DNA from: Lepidodermella squamata
Lineage: Eukaryota; Animalia; Gastrotricha
Reading direction: 5' to 3'
Assembly: GCA_047495785.1 (NCBI GenBank)
Contig: JBLDXI010000019.1
Span: 2,480,001-2,544,000, forward strand
DNA: 64,000 nucleotides
Shown here piece by piece: positions 36,101 through 47,310 of the stretch (positions are counted from its first letter, which is position 1; the number at the start of each line of letters is the position of its first letter). The notes under the pieces were generated by a model. The model was not told where the DNA came from. It did not search any database and worked only from the letters and a program-made list of their open reading frames with translations. The position numbers and the translations under genes are program-made.

Positions 36101-39100
36101 CGGTCGGTGCTACCAGGCCCCCCGATGCGAAGTCTATATGACACCATAACATGAGAACTAGATACATCATTTCGAATGGCGAACCGTTCTTCGATACAAA
36201 ATTGTCATAACTGTAACTCGGCGGAAATTGAGTTCCCATGTCATTGCACCTATCCCTTTCGCTCTGTTTGCTAGCTCAGGCAAAGATTGACTGGGTCAGT
36301 AAACGAATGTTAAAAATGATAAACACGACTCGGATCTACTGCTCTCGCTGTCAAATATCGAAATTATCACTGCCGAGCAGTGACAACAAATGATGCAAAG
36401 ATATTACATCCATGAAATTCATGTTTCAGCCACCAACGTGTTGTCTGGGTTTACAATTCGCTCCTAGTACTACAGCATTGCGGATTTTTTATTACAAAAC
36501 ACGATAAACGATCTTTCAGCGCTTTAACCCTCTGTTTAGTGAAATAGAACAATAGAACATTATCCACTCGGGATTTTTGACAGTATTCCCCCGTGAATTT
36601 GAATTTCCGCTGAGAACATCCAAGTGTAAACTGCGCAGCTATCTCTGGCTTCCGTAACCAGCTCTGAAGATTTCAAATCAAACTTCGTTTTCTCTCGGAA
36701 ATTATTCATAGCCGAAGTTTGTTGTCTCGGAAATTAAAACCCCTCCGTCATTGCGCTAAAGATTGCATTCCCAGAAAAAATGTACTGAAAATGTGTCTTA
36801 CTTTTCACTAAAAACCTGGTCTCAGGCATGAACATGATACAAGTAAATATTTTCTCCATTTATTCGTAAGCAATCATTAAACCGGTGACGATACCACAAA
36901 ACAGTGCCGACAGGAAAGCAATAAGAAAAGCAATGATATCCAATACGTCGATTACCTTAAACTTCCCAGCAGTGACGCTGCGTTTGAGGAACTTCGAAGC
37001 ATTTTCTCCATGCAAATAGCGGCACGCGATGAGGCTGTAGATGGTCGTACTAACGCCGATCGCTATTTCAACTCCGAAGTTGACTTCTAGCAGAATGGTC
37101 TCCGGTGTTTTGGGGATATTTTCAGTTACAACGCTGAGTAAAACTGTTGCAGCTAGGAAAATCGTCATAGAGAAAGCCGGCCGATCCGGCATATCTGCCG
37201 GCAGTACAAACACGGCCAGCTGGAGAATGTTGAGAAGAATCATTGGCGCGAAGAGCGAGAATATGTAGCAGTTTGACTTCCGAGCGATGACGAAATCAAA
37301 GCGCACTGATCTGTAGGTGTTGCCAAACGTCACGTTTTTATCCACGAGTGCCCATGTGTCTGTTTCTGAGAAGCCGTCATCAACTCCGTCGTCAGCTAGC
37401 CCAGCGTCATCTAGCGGTGTAGCGAAATATGCCTGGATGAACAAAATATCGCTCTTCTCCCGGGAATCGGCCGCGCCAATTGTGACGGAGCATGTCTGAG
37501 TGTCGAACGGGAATCTTCAGAAATTTTACTTGAGGCAATGCTGGAATAATCATATTGACCTTACTTTCTCAATTTTAGCGAGCAGATCGAATCGAATTGA
37601 GAGACAACAGAGAGAGCTGCCCCGTCGGTGTAAGCACTGGCTTTAGCATCAGTTGGTCTGTTGGGGCCAAAAGAAGCATGAACTGGGAATATCTTACACC
37701 AGTTACATCATCTAACTTACAGCTGGAAAGGGTTGCTAACGCCGACTCTATTAACGTGTTGTAGACGGGGTGTCCACATTTCGTCTCTTACTCGGAACTT
37801 GCATTTGTATGGTGCTTTATGAATTGTTTCGTTGTCCAATGGCATCCGCCATAGCGCGCATGGTGGCATTGACCACGTCATGAAGAACTCACCTTGCATT
37901 GAAAATACCTGATCGACATCACTGAGGCCGACAAATGCATTTGGCTGAAACATGATTGCAATGCCGACTGAGTCGAGATTTTCGTCCTGAACTGGCCTTG
38001 CGGATGGGTTGCGAAGGTATGGACATGAGGCTTGCAAATTTTTGCAAAACGCCTCTCCTGGGGTGACAGCACCTTTAGCAAATTTAAGCGGTGCTACCAG
38101 GCCTCCAGACGTGAAGCCGAGATTCCACCACACTAGTAAAGCGACAAAAATCATTTTTTTGTAATTTCAAATGACTGCGTGGTGGCCATGCGTCGTGTCT
38201 GCAATATCGGAAATTAAATTTATTGAAATATTGCAAATTTCAGCTCTTGTTTGCTAATGCCTAGACGCCAAAAAATCACACTGATAAATGTTGATAGAAA
38301 GAAGGAGAGAGAAATCTCATAACTGTTTCTCGTTTGAGTTCTCTCTCCATCAGTTAGCTTGTTATTAGGCGAAGATTGGATGTTTTAGACAGCGAAACCA
38401 CGAAGATTTATTACTTTTTCATCATATTTCAACATTACACACAATTTTAGCGTCTAGTAGATCTCTTGTGGGGCTGCAGTTGATGCCACGTTGGAATGCA
38501 TTGAAAGCCTCGTCAAATCGGTCGATAACTTGTCCGCATCTTACAAAATATTGACCTTGCTACCTGCTAGAGTTTCCTATGAACCACATTCAAACAATAT
38601 ATTCTCTGCGCTAAACTGTGACGAGCTATTTTTAGCTAGCAACATGATTGCCGATTAAAATCCCGCCCCTCTTAAGCTGGCTTATCGTTACTGAATACCT
38701 TGGGTCCAGCATTGCAAAACAATGTGATGATAATGTACCAATTCAGGGATCAGTGACAGAGTTAGTCGGAAGTTAAAATTCCGAGAGTTATTGCAATGCC
38801 TGGCTCAATTTTTCCATTTGTTACCGAGCACCGAGAACCCAGTTGCAGTTAGTCAGCATCAAACACCAGCATCATACAAATGGTTGTATCGAGTAGAACA
38901 GAAATGAAAAGGGTGACGATGAATGCAATGATGTCCATGAAATCGATAAGTTTCAGCTTCCAAGTTGTAACTCGCTTTCCTATATATTTTGACTTGTTAT
39001 CTCCGTTCGTTAGGCGGCAAGTAACGAGACAATAAATCGTTACTCCAACACCAACGCCGATCTGAATGCCAAAACTAGCCTCTAATAGAATAGTTTGAGG

Positions 39101-41283
39101 AGTATTTGGAATATTCGCAGTTACAACTGATGTCAGGACAGATGCAGCGAGGAAAATTGTCATAGAAAACGCAGGTCTGTCGGGCATTTCAGGGGGCATG
39201 AAGAACACTGTAATTTGCAGAATGTTCAAAAGCAGCATCGGGACAAATATTGATGACCAGTAACTCTCCGATTTGCGCTCCATTGTGAATATAAAGCGAG
39301 CAATTTTTCCATGGCTGGCTATTTCAGCAGCTTTGTTAATCAATTTCCAGTTGTCAGTATCGGAGAAGCCGTCATCGACTCCCTCGTCAATTAACCCAAG
39401 TTCGTCGTTGATTGTAGCAAAACGAGCCTCCGAGAATACAATTTCATCTTTCTCGCGAGAGTCGGCTGGTCCGATATTTAATGAGCAAATTTGTTTGTCA
39501 AACGGAAATCTAGATGAAAGAAAACATGAAATATGAAGAGGGATCTTTCACTGGGCTAACTTTCTGAAATTCAAAGAGCAGCTGGTATCGAATTGAGATA
39601 GCACTGATAACGCGGCTGATCCTTGGGAAAACACCGTAATTCGGGTTTCGGAAGGCCTATTGAACAGGGCTTGTGCAACGTTACAAGCAAGGAAATCGAA
39701 CTTACAGTAGAAAAGGATTGGAAGACCCGATCCTATTCATGAGCTGAATACGCGGGCTCCAGATTTCGTCTCTAGCGCGGTATTTGCATTTCCACGGCGC
39801 AGCATCCCCAGTGACATTTTTGCCGGGACTGTGCGCAAATATGTTCCACGATGCGCAGTCTGGCATTTTCCACTCCATGTAGATTTCACCTTGCATAGAA
39901 AATTCTTGCTCCGCATCATTTAGTCCCGCGAAAGCGCTTGGCTGAAACCAAATTGAAATGTTCACCGCTTCGTCTTCGTTGCGAACCGGCTTAGCAGTTG
40001 GACTTCTTACATAAGGGCATGTTTTTTTGAGGTTATGACAATACTCGTCTGCCGGCGTCATTTGCCCAGCCTGAAACGTGAGTGGGGCTATGAGGTCGCC
40101 CGAAGCAGCCTTAAACGCCGAAATAATGAGGAAAAAAGCTGCAAGCTCCATTTTTCAATAAAAGAGATGCTAAACAGATTCGCTGCAGAGCATTGTTTGA
40201 CGTTAAGAGTTCTCAGGAAATTGAATCTCTGGGCACGTCATAGGTTCCATATCCCGTGTTTGTTATCGATTTCGGAATTAAGGCTATCTGTAAAAGTAAA
40301 AATTTATCTCACATTTATTGTCTTTTTCAGATTGCGGTCCACCCCCAACAATCGAGAACGGCAACGTCATGTCAGTCCCAGCTATCTCTGTAGTCGGCAG
40401 TATGGTAACCTACGAATGCCTACCTGCGTTCCAAATGCGAGGCCCTTACACCGTGACCTGCCTACAATCGGGTCGCTGGTCGAAGTCGCCTGAATGCACG
40501 CCGTTGATGATGAATTCTCAACGGAACAACCGAGCTTATTCCAACGTAATCCCAGCCAAACCAAGCGCTGTACAGCCTATCTCACCACCTCAGGGGCGTT
40601 CGGCTTCAATGCTGTTTGCCTCGAGGTTCGATACGCCCTCATCACTTCTCTTCTCCGCGTTTTCATCCCCATGTTACGGAGGACCTGAATGGCCTGCTAA
40701 GATTCTACCAGGTCAATTATCGACAAAACTAGCGACGAGGGAACTTCACATATTCAGAGATATCGTCTTCAATTGCACTGGGCTTGTTGTTGAATGGCGT
40801 TACATCTCTGTTTTGCCCATCAAAAGTGAACCTGTCATCGTTCACTTCGGAATATGGCGACTCGTCCAAGCTAGGGGGTTGAAGTATAAGTTGGTTGCCT
40901 CGACAAAGGTTACAATAGTCGGGTCAGTCAGACCTGAGGAAACTGTCTCTCTGAAGCTGCATGAAGCTGAATTTCTACACGTTGAACCCGGGGATGTGTT
41001 TGGATTGCATTACGATGATGGAGCTTCGTCTCAGCAGCCTGGGGCGATCCCTCTAGCCTACACATTCTCGCCAAGCCCGTTCACCCAGCCGCAATTATCG
41101 TCAACTCTGGCTTCCTTGGATGACCAAAATACAATCATGAGGAAACACCATCAGCAGCAAATGCTGAGTAGCGGTTCAAGACAATCAGATTCGAACCAGA
41201 TGGAAATTGTGGTGGATTTTGACAACTACGGCTTCCGATTCTTCCGGCTTCCTTTCGTTCGCGCTGTTGTTCACATGATTTGA
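21194..41283 (+). CDS. Secreted multi-sushi (CCP/SCR) protein 2: signal peptide, ~16 CCP modules with mucin-like Thr-rich linkers, C-terminal domain X
   Basis: Phase-1 exons: 21194-21665, 21788-21991, 22146-22421, 22472-22582, 22642-22731, 22780-23937, 24139-24378, 24432-24737, 24991-25833, 33711-34463, 40331-41283. One CCP module is split across the 7.9-kb intron (..KYAPG|SAVVYTCAGGY..), which supports continuity. Confidence 0.8.
27125..27573. mobile_element. Tc2/pogo-like MITE
   Basis: Arms TATTACGAATTATTAG and CTTATAATTCGTAAAATACG; internal GGGCAG(A/G) repeats; absent from the paralogous unit 2. Confidence 0.55.
27710..28525 (+). CDS. Intronless orphan protein (271 aa from the ATG at 27710), nested in an intron of sushi gene 2
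   Basis: Long open frame, colinear with paralog 32221-33069 from matching start Met to C-terminus; no domain recognised. Confidence 0.7.
   Translation: MDRRELGREAVRLLQGQEFNEVKFLDLPCYGVGWILDKLLKTVKISKSSHPDRRFKAIKILEEEKIITGWERHCQKAEEAFNSWKRDPRYRNMKIQMDDGSWQRPTLAMFYTIDPTSVSLENLKKEYVPNFEYLTAGPMKAINKFYHEQEDFIFRHCLPIIDPDYSGCYKMDGRWKYSNGIPINYLQALMKTASGIHLLQLSVIDQLQQNIIKALAARVYTCLHFDYISRKRGLGSLPSDDDHVKVILRLVIISARIKLLIRTYGRSSELY
29527..29976. mobile_element. Mutator (MULE)-type MITE
   Basis: 9-bp TSD TAATTTTAA (29518-29526, 29977-29985); TIRs with CTATTCGTACATA subrepeats; empty site TCATTTTAA in unit 1 near 26673. Confidence 0.8.
30450..30958. mobile_element. Non-autonomous TIR element (hAT-like termini), with an internal Pol III B-box-like motif
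   Basis: GAGGGGTTTTTTTTATTCGCAACA and TGTTGCGAATAAAAAAAAACCCCTC arms; GGTTCGACTCC near 30691; right-end fragments also at about 26760-26865 and 30065-30170. No clean TSD. Confidence 0.65.
31493..31988. mobile_element. MULE-type MITE carrying a degenerate (TTAGGG)n tract (31670-31755)
   Basis: 9-bp TSD TAAATAAAA (31484-31492, 31989-31997); TIRs with TTTCATACATATTTATGTATGAAA subrepeats; internal GGGTTAGGGTTAGG. Confidence 0.8.
32221..33069 (+). CDS. Intronless orphan protein (282 aa), paralog of 27710-28525
   Basis: Shared blocks GVGWI.DKL, DRRFKAIKIL, DGSWQRPTLA, QEDFIF.HCLP, GLGSLPSDDDHVKVI.RLVIISARIKLL. Confidence 0.7.
   Translation: MNRDYICREAVLLLEGQDFKDVKLVDQPCHGVGWIIDKLFKTDRLVRRLAVVTSFDRRFKAIKILKEAKILAGWEGHCQQAEKSFKSWNNDPENRTKTFQMEDGSWQRPTLAAFYAIAFEVVDGDLPRNYNFTVAVPSLEYLTEGPMKPIKEFYLMQEDFIFTHCLPNIDPDSKDCCKIDGRWTYSDGNLIDYLQALMITARGINLLRPSIIDQLQKNIINALFARVYCLLEYEYIRHKGGLGSLPSDDDHVKVIVRLVIISARIKLLFQTYGRSSDCYKIT
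34631..36170 (-). pseudogene. Divergent Cys-loop ligand-gated channel subunit, copy A (frameshifted in M2)
   Basis: Exons 35746-36170, 35592-35690, 34631-35274; Cys loop CSLQLRKFPFDTQTC; a net 14-nt deletion near 34912 removes LAATV of M2 and shifts the frame. Confidence 0.75.
36860..38154 (-). CDS. Divergent nAChR-like Cys-loop channel subunit, copy B
   Basis: Exons 37721-38154, 37565-37657, 36860-37514; signal peptide, WTPRL loop A, C-x13-C (CSLKLRKFPFDTQTC), four TM segments; intact. Confidence 0.85.
38849..40151 (-). CDS. Divergent nAChR-like Cys-loop channel subunit, copy C
   Basis: Exons 39706-40151, 39561-39656, 38849-39509; CSLNFRKFPFDKQIC; four TM segments; intact. Confidence 0.85.
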
Positions 41284-41504
41284 TGATCGATATCTTATTT
41301 CAGTTATAATGTTTATTTGTGCAATCATTGTGTATACATGCGAGTCATCAATTTGATTGCGTTTTACTTTATGCAATATTTATACAGTGATTTATCATTT
41401 TCTCGTGCGCCGCAATTCAGCAATAAAACTTCAGAAGTTTGGTTCTCAGAGTTTTGCATTAAAATGTCCATCTGTAGCATAAAACTTCGGCATTTATTCA
41501 GCAG

Positions 41505-43460
41505 TCATCCTCCATCAAAGACTATCATTAGAACTGTGATTATATCAAGGAGAAGCGAAAGAAGGAATGAAATCAAGAAGGCAATGAGGTCCATGAAATC
41601 AATTATTTTAAGATTCCAACGAGTAACTCGTTCTTCGGTGTATTTAGACTTGTTATCCCCGTTAGCTAAACGCGATGTGATGAGGCAGTAGACGGTTATG
41701 CCCACTCCAATCCCGATTTGTACCCCAAAATTTGCCTCTAATAGAATTAATTCAGGCGTATCAGGGATGCTTTCTGTTACGACGGTGGTTAACACTGAAG
41801 CAGCTAGAAAAATTGTAATCGAGAAAGCTGATCTGTCAGGCATTTCTGCCGGCATAAAATAAATGGAGAGTTGCAGGACGTTCAGAAGAATCATAGGGGC
41901 GAATATGCCAGCCACATAACTCTCCGCTCGCCGTTGTAGAATAAACGTAAATCGAGCAGATGTGCCTTTGTTGCCAACCTGGGCAATCTTCGAAACTAGT
42001 CGCCAGTTATCGGTTGGGGAGAACCCATCATCAACACCATCGTCCGTCAAATCGAGGTCGTCAACTTGTGAGGCGAATTTGACCCTTGTGAAGTTCAGGT
42101 GGGCTTTGGCACGCGAAATCGCTGCCCCGATCACTAAAGAGCAAACCTGCGTGTCAAAGGGGAATCTTGACAAATTGAAGGTTTTCCGTTGAGTAGTCAT
42201 GTAACCTAAATTTTGCCTACTTTCTGAATGTCAGTTGGCAGCTGGAATCGAACTGAGATACTAAGGACAACGTGGCAGTTCCCATACAATCAACGGTCAC
42301 TCTTGCTTCTGGTGGTCTGAAACATTGAATGTTAAATGTTAAACAGCGCAGTCTTTATATGCTCATTGGATGAACTATAGGTCTGCGCACAAACTCGTAT
42401 GAAAAAGTGTGTATGTGATTTGTAATAATTTTTTTGTCGTATGGCGAAAAAAATCGCATACAGACCCGTTCACAAAGTGATTTCTTTTCTTCCTGTATGT
42501 GATTTTTTTTCTGGCCGAAGAGGCCGCTGAAAAAAATGAACAACTTCGATGGGGCTCGAACCCCGTCCGCCCGTTGAACAGGCCGGTCAATAGCAACTGC
42601 ACTATGTTGCCATCGCTATAAAAAGCCTAATTATTGGTTGCTAATATCTATATAAAAGCTATCCGCGTTTTCTGGGTCAAGTGCGGGCATGAATCATTAA
42701 TCTTCGACTTGTTTGTTGACGCATTTATCAATGAATTTTTTGCGTTAAAGCCTAATTTATAGGTCACGCACTAAGCTTGACGGCTTAGCCATGTCGATAT
42801 AATTATCGATGTGTGCGAAGTCGTCAAAGGTTCGATTCGACGTGCCGCCATCCCTTTTTTCAGTGACCTCTTCTGCCAGAAAAAAATCACATACAAGGAG
42901 AAAAGAAATCAGTTTGTGAACGGGGGCTGTATGCTTTTTGCTGTATGTGTATGTGTTTACTCGCATACGCATGAGAAAAAAAAAGAAACGAGTTTGTGGG
43001 AAGGCCTTTACAATTGCAGCGGGTTGAACGCCCCAATTCTGTTGATCAGTTGAATGTTGGGTACCCAGATTTCATCGCCCAGCCGAAATGAGCACTCTTA
43101 CGGAGCAATTCGACCGAAGCCTGTTCGGTTCCTCATACCCATCATCGGCCATCGTGCACACGGTGGCATCTTCCACTCCATGTAAAGCTCGCCTTGCATC
43201 GAAAAAACCTGATCTCCATCGGCAAGTTCGACGAATGCGTTAGGCTGGAAGGAGATCTCGATTTCAACCGGATCCAGGTCGTCGCGCACTGGTTTCGCCG
43301 TTGGGCTCCGCAAGTAAGGGCACTTCTTTTTTATTTTTTCGCAATGAGCGTCGGCAGGGGCCATTTCTCCGGGATCGAATGAATCGGGTGCTATTATGTC
43401 ACAAAAGACATCAGGTGAAAAGCAAAATACATAAATTGCAGCAGCTGCTGCTAGATCCAT
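41505..43460 (-). pseudogene. Divergent Cys-loop channel subunit, copy D (nonsense codon)
   Basis: Exons 43012-43460, 42221-42316, 41505-42165; in-frame TAA at 43098-43100 (AP*EC where paralogs have APWKC/APYKC) and homology continues past it; MITE in intron 1. Confidence 0.75.
42380..43006. mobile_element. Long-TIR MITE inserted in intron 1 of channel copy D
   Basis: Arms of about 150 bp (42380-42537 and 42855-43006) are reverse complements (CACAAACTCGT...CCCGTTCACAAA.TGATTTCTTTTCT...); the paralogous introns are only about 50-60 nt. Confidence 0.75.
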
Positions 43461-43825
43461 AGCTATGGAGTTACTTAAAAACCTTACAAAGGCAGCCTTT
43501 GATTTTAGTAGCTGTATTAACCATTGTTTTTTGCAGGAAATTTGGCTGCTTCGTGTTTATCAAGTTCCAGACCTTTGCGACTCGTTTCCTTGTGAAATTG
43601 AACGTTGTCGAACATGCAAGGCCGTGATTCTATGCAATAGATCGGCTTTTAATGAAATACTCGCTATTCGATGCAAAACACATCGGGTGCCGTTTCTTGT
43701 TACTTCGAGCTTTGAGCAGTGAAAAATTTTACGACTGCTCTGGAGATTTTCGAAGCACAACATATTATTTGATATTTGTAAAAGTCTGAATTATTTCAAG
43801 ATTAGTTTAACCATGTGAAGACAAA

Positions 43826-46800
43826 TGAAAATACGGACCGCTTGATCGCCTCGTGGTGAGCAGGCATTGGAATCCTAAATCATAATCGATTATTTGTTTT
43901 TAGTTTAAAAGTACAGTGCATCAAGAATATCGTTCTGTGAATATGTTGGAATCGGCATACCTTCGTCATTCTTTTAGTTATATTAGAGCTTCAGACATGG
44001 GAGAGATACAAATTAGGGTGAGCAATGAATCAGATGCGATCGAATTATGATAAGATGAAAAAGGCGCAAAGTTACAAAAGCACAACTCGTAAATTCCGAA
44101 TTTCGCATATTCTCGATGTCTTACATCCTAAGGATCCACCGCAAATTTTTATTTTTCTTTGAATTCGATTGTTTTCTTGTCGCACAGGGATTTTTCCATG
44201 ATGCGATCCAGGAATCTTCTGTTCCTTAATCAGACGCTTTGTCCGTCGTGCCACAACCCCGCGTTCTTAGCGGAAACATGGGTTCCACGCCAATATAATC
44301 ACATCTTGAAAAATGCAATCGCAGACAGTCGCGCTATCTAAGCAAGTAGCAAATCAATCTTATTATTGATAATTCCTATAGCGTCTAAGGTGCCATTTTG
44401 GTCAGCGGGCGGATTTATAATCAGAGTCCGTTTTGTGTTTTTTAACAATTTTAAAAACATTGTTTGACATTCTGCTTGTGTTGTCTATGCGTTGAATAAT
44501 CGATTTAATTCCTGTGCCAGTGCGGTCATGAGATATAGGGCGCCTCGCAAAAAATCATAAAAAATTTGATTTGTTTAGTGAGGTTCCAAGTCCAAATTTC
44601 TGAGATCCTCCTACATGTTTCCTACATAGCTCATTATTTTTTCAAGAAAATATAATGAGAGCTTTGATGCCACAGCGTCCTATAGTACGTCTCACGTGTG
44701 AGGTTCCATCGCGGTGTCCATGTTACCAGGCCAAGATACCAGATAACCGATATCGGCTTTAATCATTTGACTAATCGTGAACAGCTGAAGTCTTAGGTCC
44801 ATCCCTTGCTCGAATCAAGTTCTTGGGCTCAAAATACTCCATATAAGATATGCATTGATAATTTGTCGTTTATATTGCAGACGATTAATTAGTAGATATC
44901 GCCAAATTAAGCTAAAATCCTCATAAACTGCTGGAAACCTTAATTTATATAGCATGTTTGATTGTCATCATAGAAGAATTCTGAAAATAAGGAAATGGCA
45001 CATACTGAGCGATAGTCACACTATAATATATATAGAAAGTTGGAAATTCATTTCGGAAATAGTTTAGTTCTCTGCTTCTCTCTCCTCAGTTTTCACTGAG
45101 CACAGCTAAATTATTTGTATTTTCTCATTGATTACGGTTTGTCAACAGCCAGTAGCAACACACCAAAAGTTGCCATAAGTAGAACAGAAATAGAAACGGT
45201 GACGATGAATGCAATTATTTCCATTAAATCGATTAGTTTCAGCTTCCAACGCGTTACTTGCTTTTCAAGATATTTCGACTTGTTATCTCCATTCGTTAGG
45301 CGGCAAGCCACGAGGCAATAAATCGTCACTCCAACACCAACGCCGATCTGAATGCCATAATCAACCTCTAGTAGTACAGTTTGAGGAGTATTAGGAATAC
45401 TCTGGTTTACAACTGATGTCAGGACAGATGCTGCGAGGAAAATTGTCAAAGAAAAAGCTGGTCTGTCTGGCATTTCAGGCGGCATGAAGAATACCGCCAT
45501 TTGCAACAGGTTCAAAAGCAACATCGGAATAAATATCGATGACCAGTAGCTGTCCTGCTTGCGCTCCATCGTAAATATAAAGCGAGCGATTTTTCCATTA
45601 CTAGCCATTTCAGCAACTTTGCTAATCAATTTCCAGTTGTCGGTTTCAGTGAAGCCGTCACTGACCCCTTCGTCAGTTAACCCAAGTTCGTCGTTGATTG
45701 TAGCGAAACGAACCTCCGAGAATAAAATTTCGTCTTTCTCGCGAGAGTCGGCTGGTCCAATGCTTATCGAGCAAATTTGTTTGTCAAACGGAAATCTGGA
45801 GGATATGGCAAAAAATGTAGACGCGAAAAGGGATCTTTCACTAATCTCACTTTCTGACATTCAAAGAGCAGCTGCTATCGAACTGGGATAGCACCGATAA
45901 AGCGGCAATTCCATCGTTAAACACATTAATTCGAGTTGCGGAAGGCCTGTTGAAAAATGTATATATATCGTACATAAGGTTACGTGTAAGCTTGTCAAGC
46001 TTACAGTAGAAAAGGGTTGAATGGCCCAATCCGGTTCATGAGCTGAATACGCGGGCTCCAGATTTCGTCTTTAGCGCGATATTTACATTTCTGCGGCGCT
46101 TCCTCAGTGGCATTTTTTATGGAATTCTTCGCATCTGTGCTCCAAGACGCGCAGTCTGGCATTTTCCATTCCATGTAGATTTCGCCTTGCATAGAAAACG
46201 CTTGCTCCGCATCATTTAGTCCGGCAAAAGTGCTCGGCTGAAACCAAATTGAGATATTCACTGCTTCGTCTTCTTTGCGAACTGGCTTAGCAGTTGGACT
46301 TCTTACATAGGGGCATGTTTTCTGGAGGTTATGGCAGAATTCATCTGCCGGTGTCATTTGGCCATCCTGAAACGTGAGTGGTGCCATAAGGTCACCCGAA
46401 GCAGCCTCATACGCCCAAGCAATGAAGAAACAAGCTATACAAAGCATTTTTCGCTGAAGATTAGCAAAACGGATACGTTGTGAAGTAGGGCTTCTCTCAA
46501 GGTTTACAGTTTTACAGGTTTACCACAAGTAAACACCGAAACGGCGGGAAGTGTAATCACCAACATTTAAAATTGCCTCTTCTTGGAACGTATCCACTAT
46601 CCACTCTCTACTAGTCTACTAGTCTCTCCAAGCAATGTTTATATTACAATATTGTATTGTATATCTCCAATTTGCGTCTTTTTGCCTGTAAACCTCTTTA
46701 GAATTACCTCTCCTATTGAAAATCGCCTCGTTTCTAGGCGCAGCAAATACTCCGCATCTGTATTTTTAATTGCAAGAGCGCTCCCTGGCGTTAAATTCGA

Positions 46801-47310
46801 GGATTCCTATGTATTTACACACGCATGTGCTATGTATATTTCACCTGTTCGAGGCTTTTATGAGTTTCTCGTGTTCGCTCTTGAACTCAAGGGAAAATGA
46901 TATTGCAGATCGAGTTTCCTCTTTTTTGAATTATTCGAATCGAACTAGATACTAAGAGGCACCTCGCCATCGCACAGGTGGCTGCGTAGCGCATCCTCGG
47001 ACTCGTTTTCGTTGACAACCTCAAATTGACTATGTCCTACAGCGGTGTGGCCGAAATTCTCGTAGTTTCTCGTGCGTCTAGTGCGTCGTTGCTACTTACA
47101 TTTCGCTCGTCGCTCCATTGCGATCTTCGGGGCTTTTGCGTTCGTCTCTGCCGCCAAGACTCAGCTTCGCCGTCTGGATGGGCCTAATAACAACTGCATC
47201 CGTGCTATTCTACACGCTCGACTGGACGACCGTGTCCGGATTTCTAAGGACGTGTGTCGCGTGCAAACCTTCCTGGCTACCGCCGTTCGACATGTTCTGC
47301 CTTTTTGCGT
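43826..47310. repeat. Segmental duplication unit containing channel copy E; partner at about 55497-58677 contains copy F
   Basis: Both flanks are similar (e.g. CATCCTAAGGATCCACCGCAAA, CTCAGTTTTCACTGAGCACAG, GCCGCCAAGACTCAGCTTCG). Confidence 0.8.
45132..46447 (-). CDS. Divergent nAChR-like Cys-loop channel subunit, copy E
   Basis: Exons 46005-46447, 45851-45946, 45132-45795; CSLNVRKFPFDKQIC; intact. Confidence 0.85.

Noticed and set aside
42560-42585. tRNA-Sec or opal suppressor (TCA in a hairpin loop)
   Set aside because: No proper acceptor or D stems and no long variable arm; it does not match tRNA-Sec.
43098-43460. Secreted AChBP-like protein made by the early stop in copy D
   Set aside because: The 120-aa product ends before the Cys loop and could not fold a binding domain.
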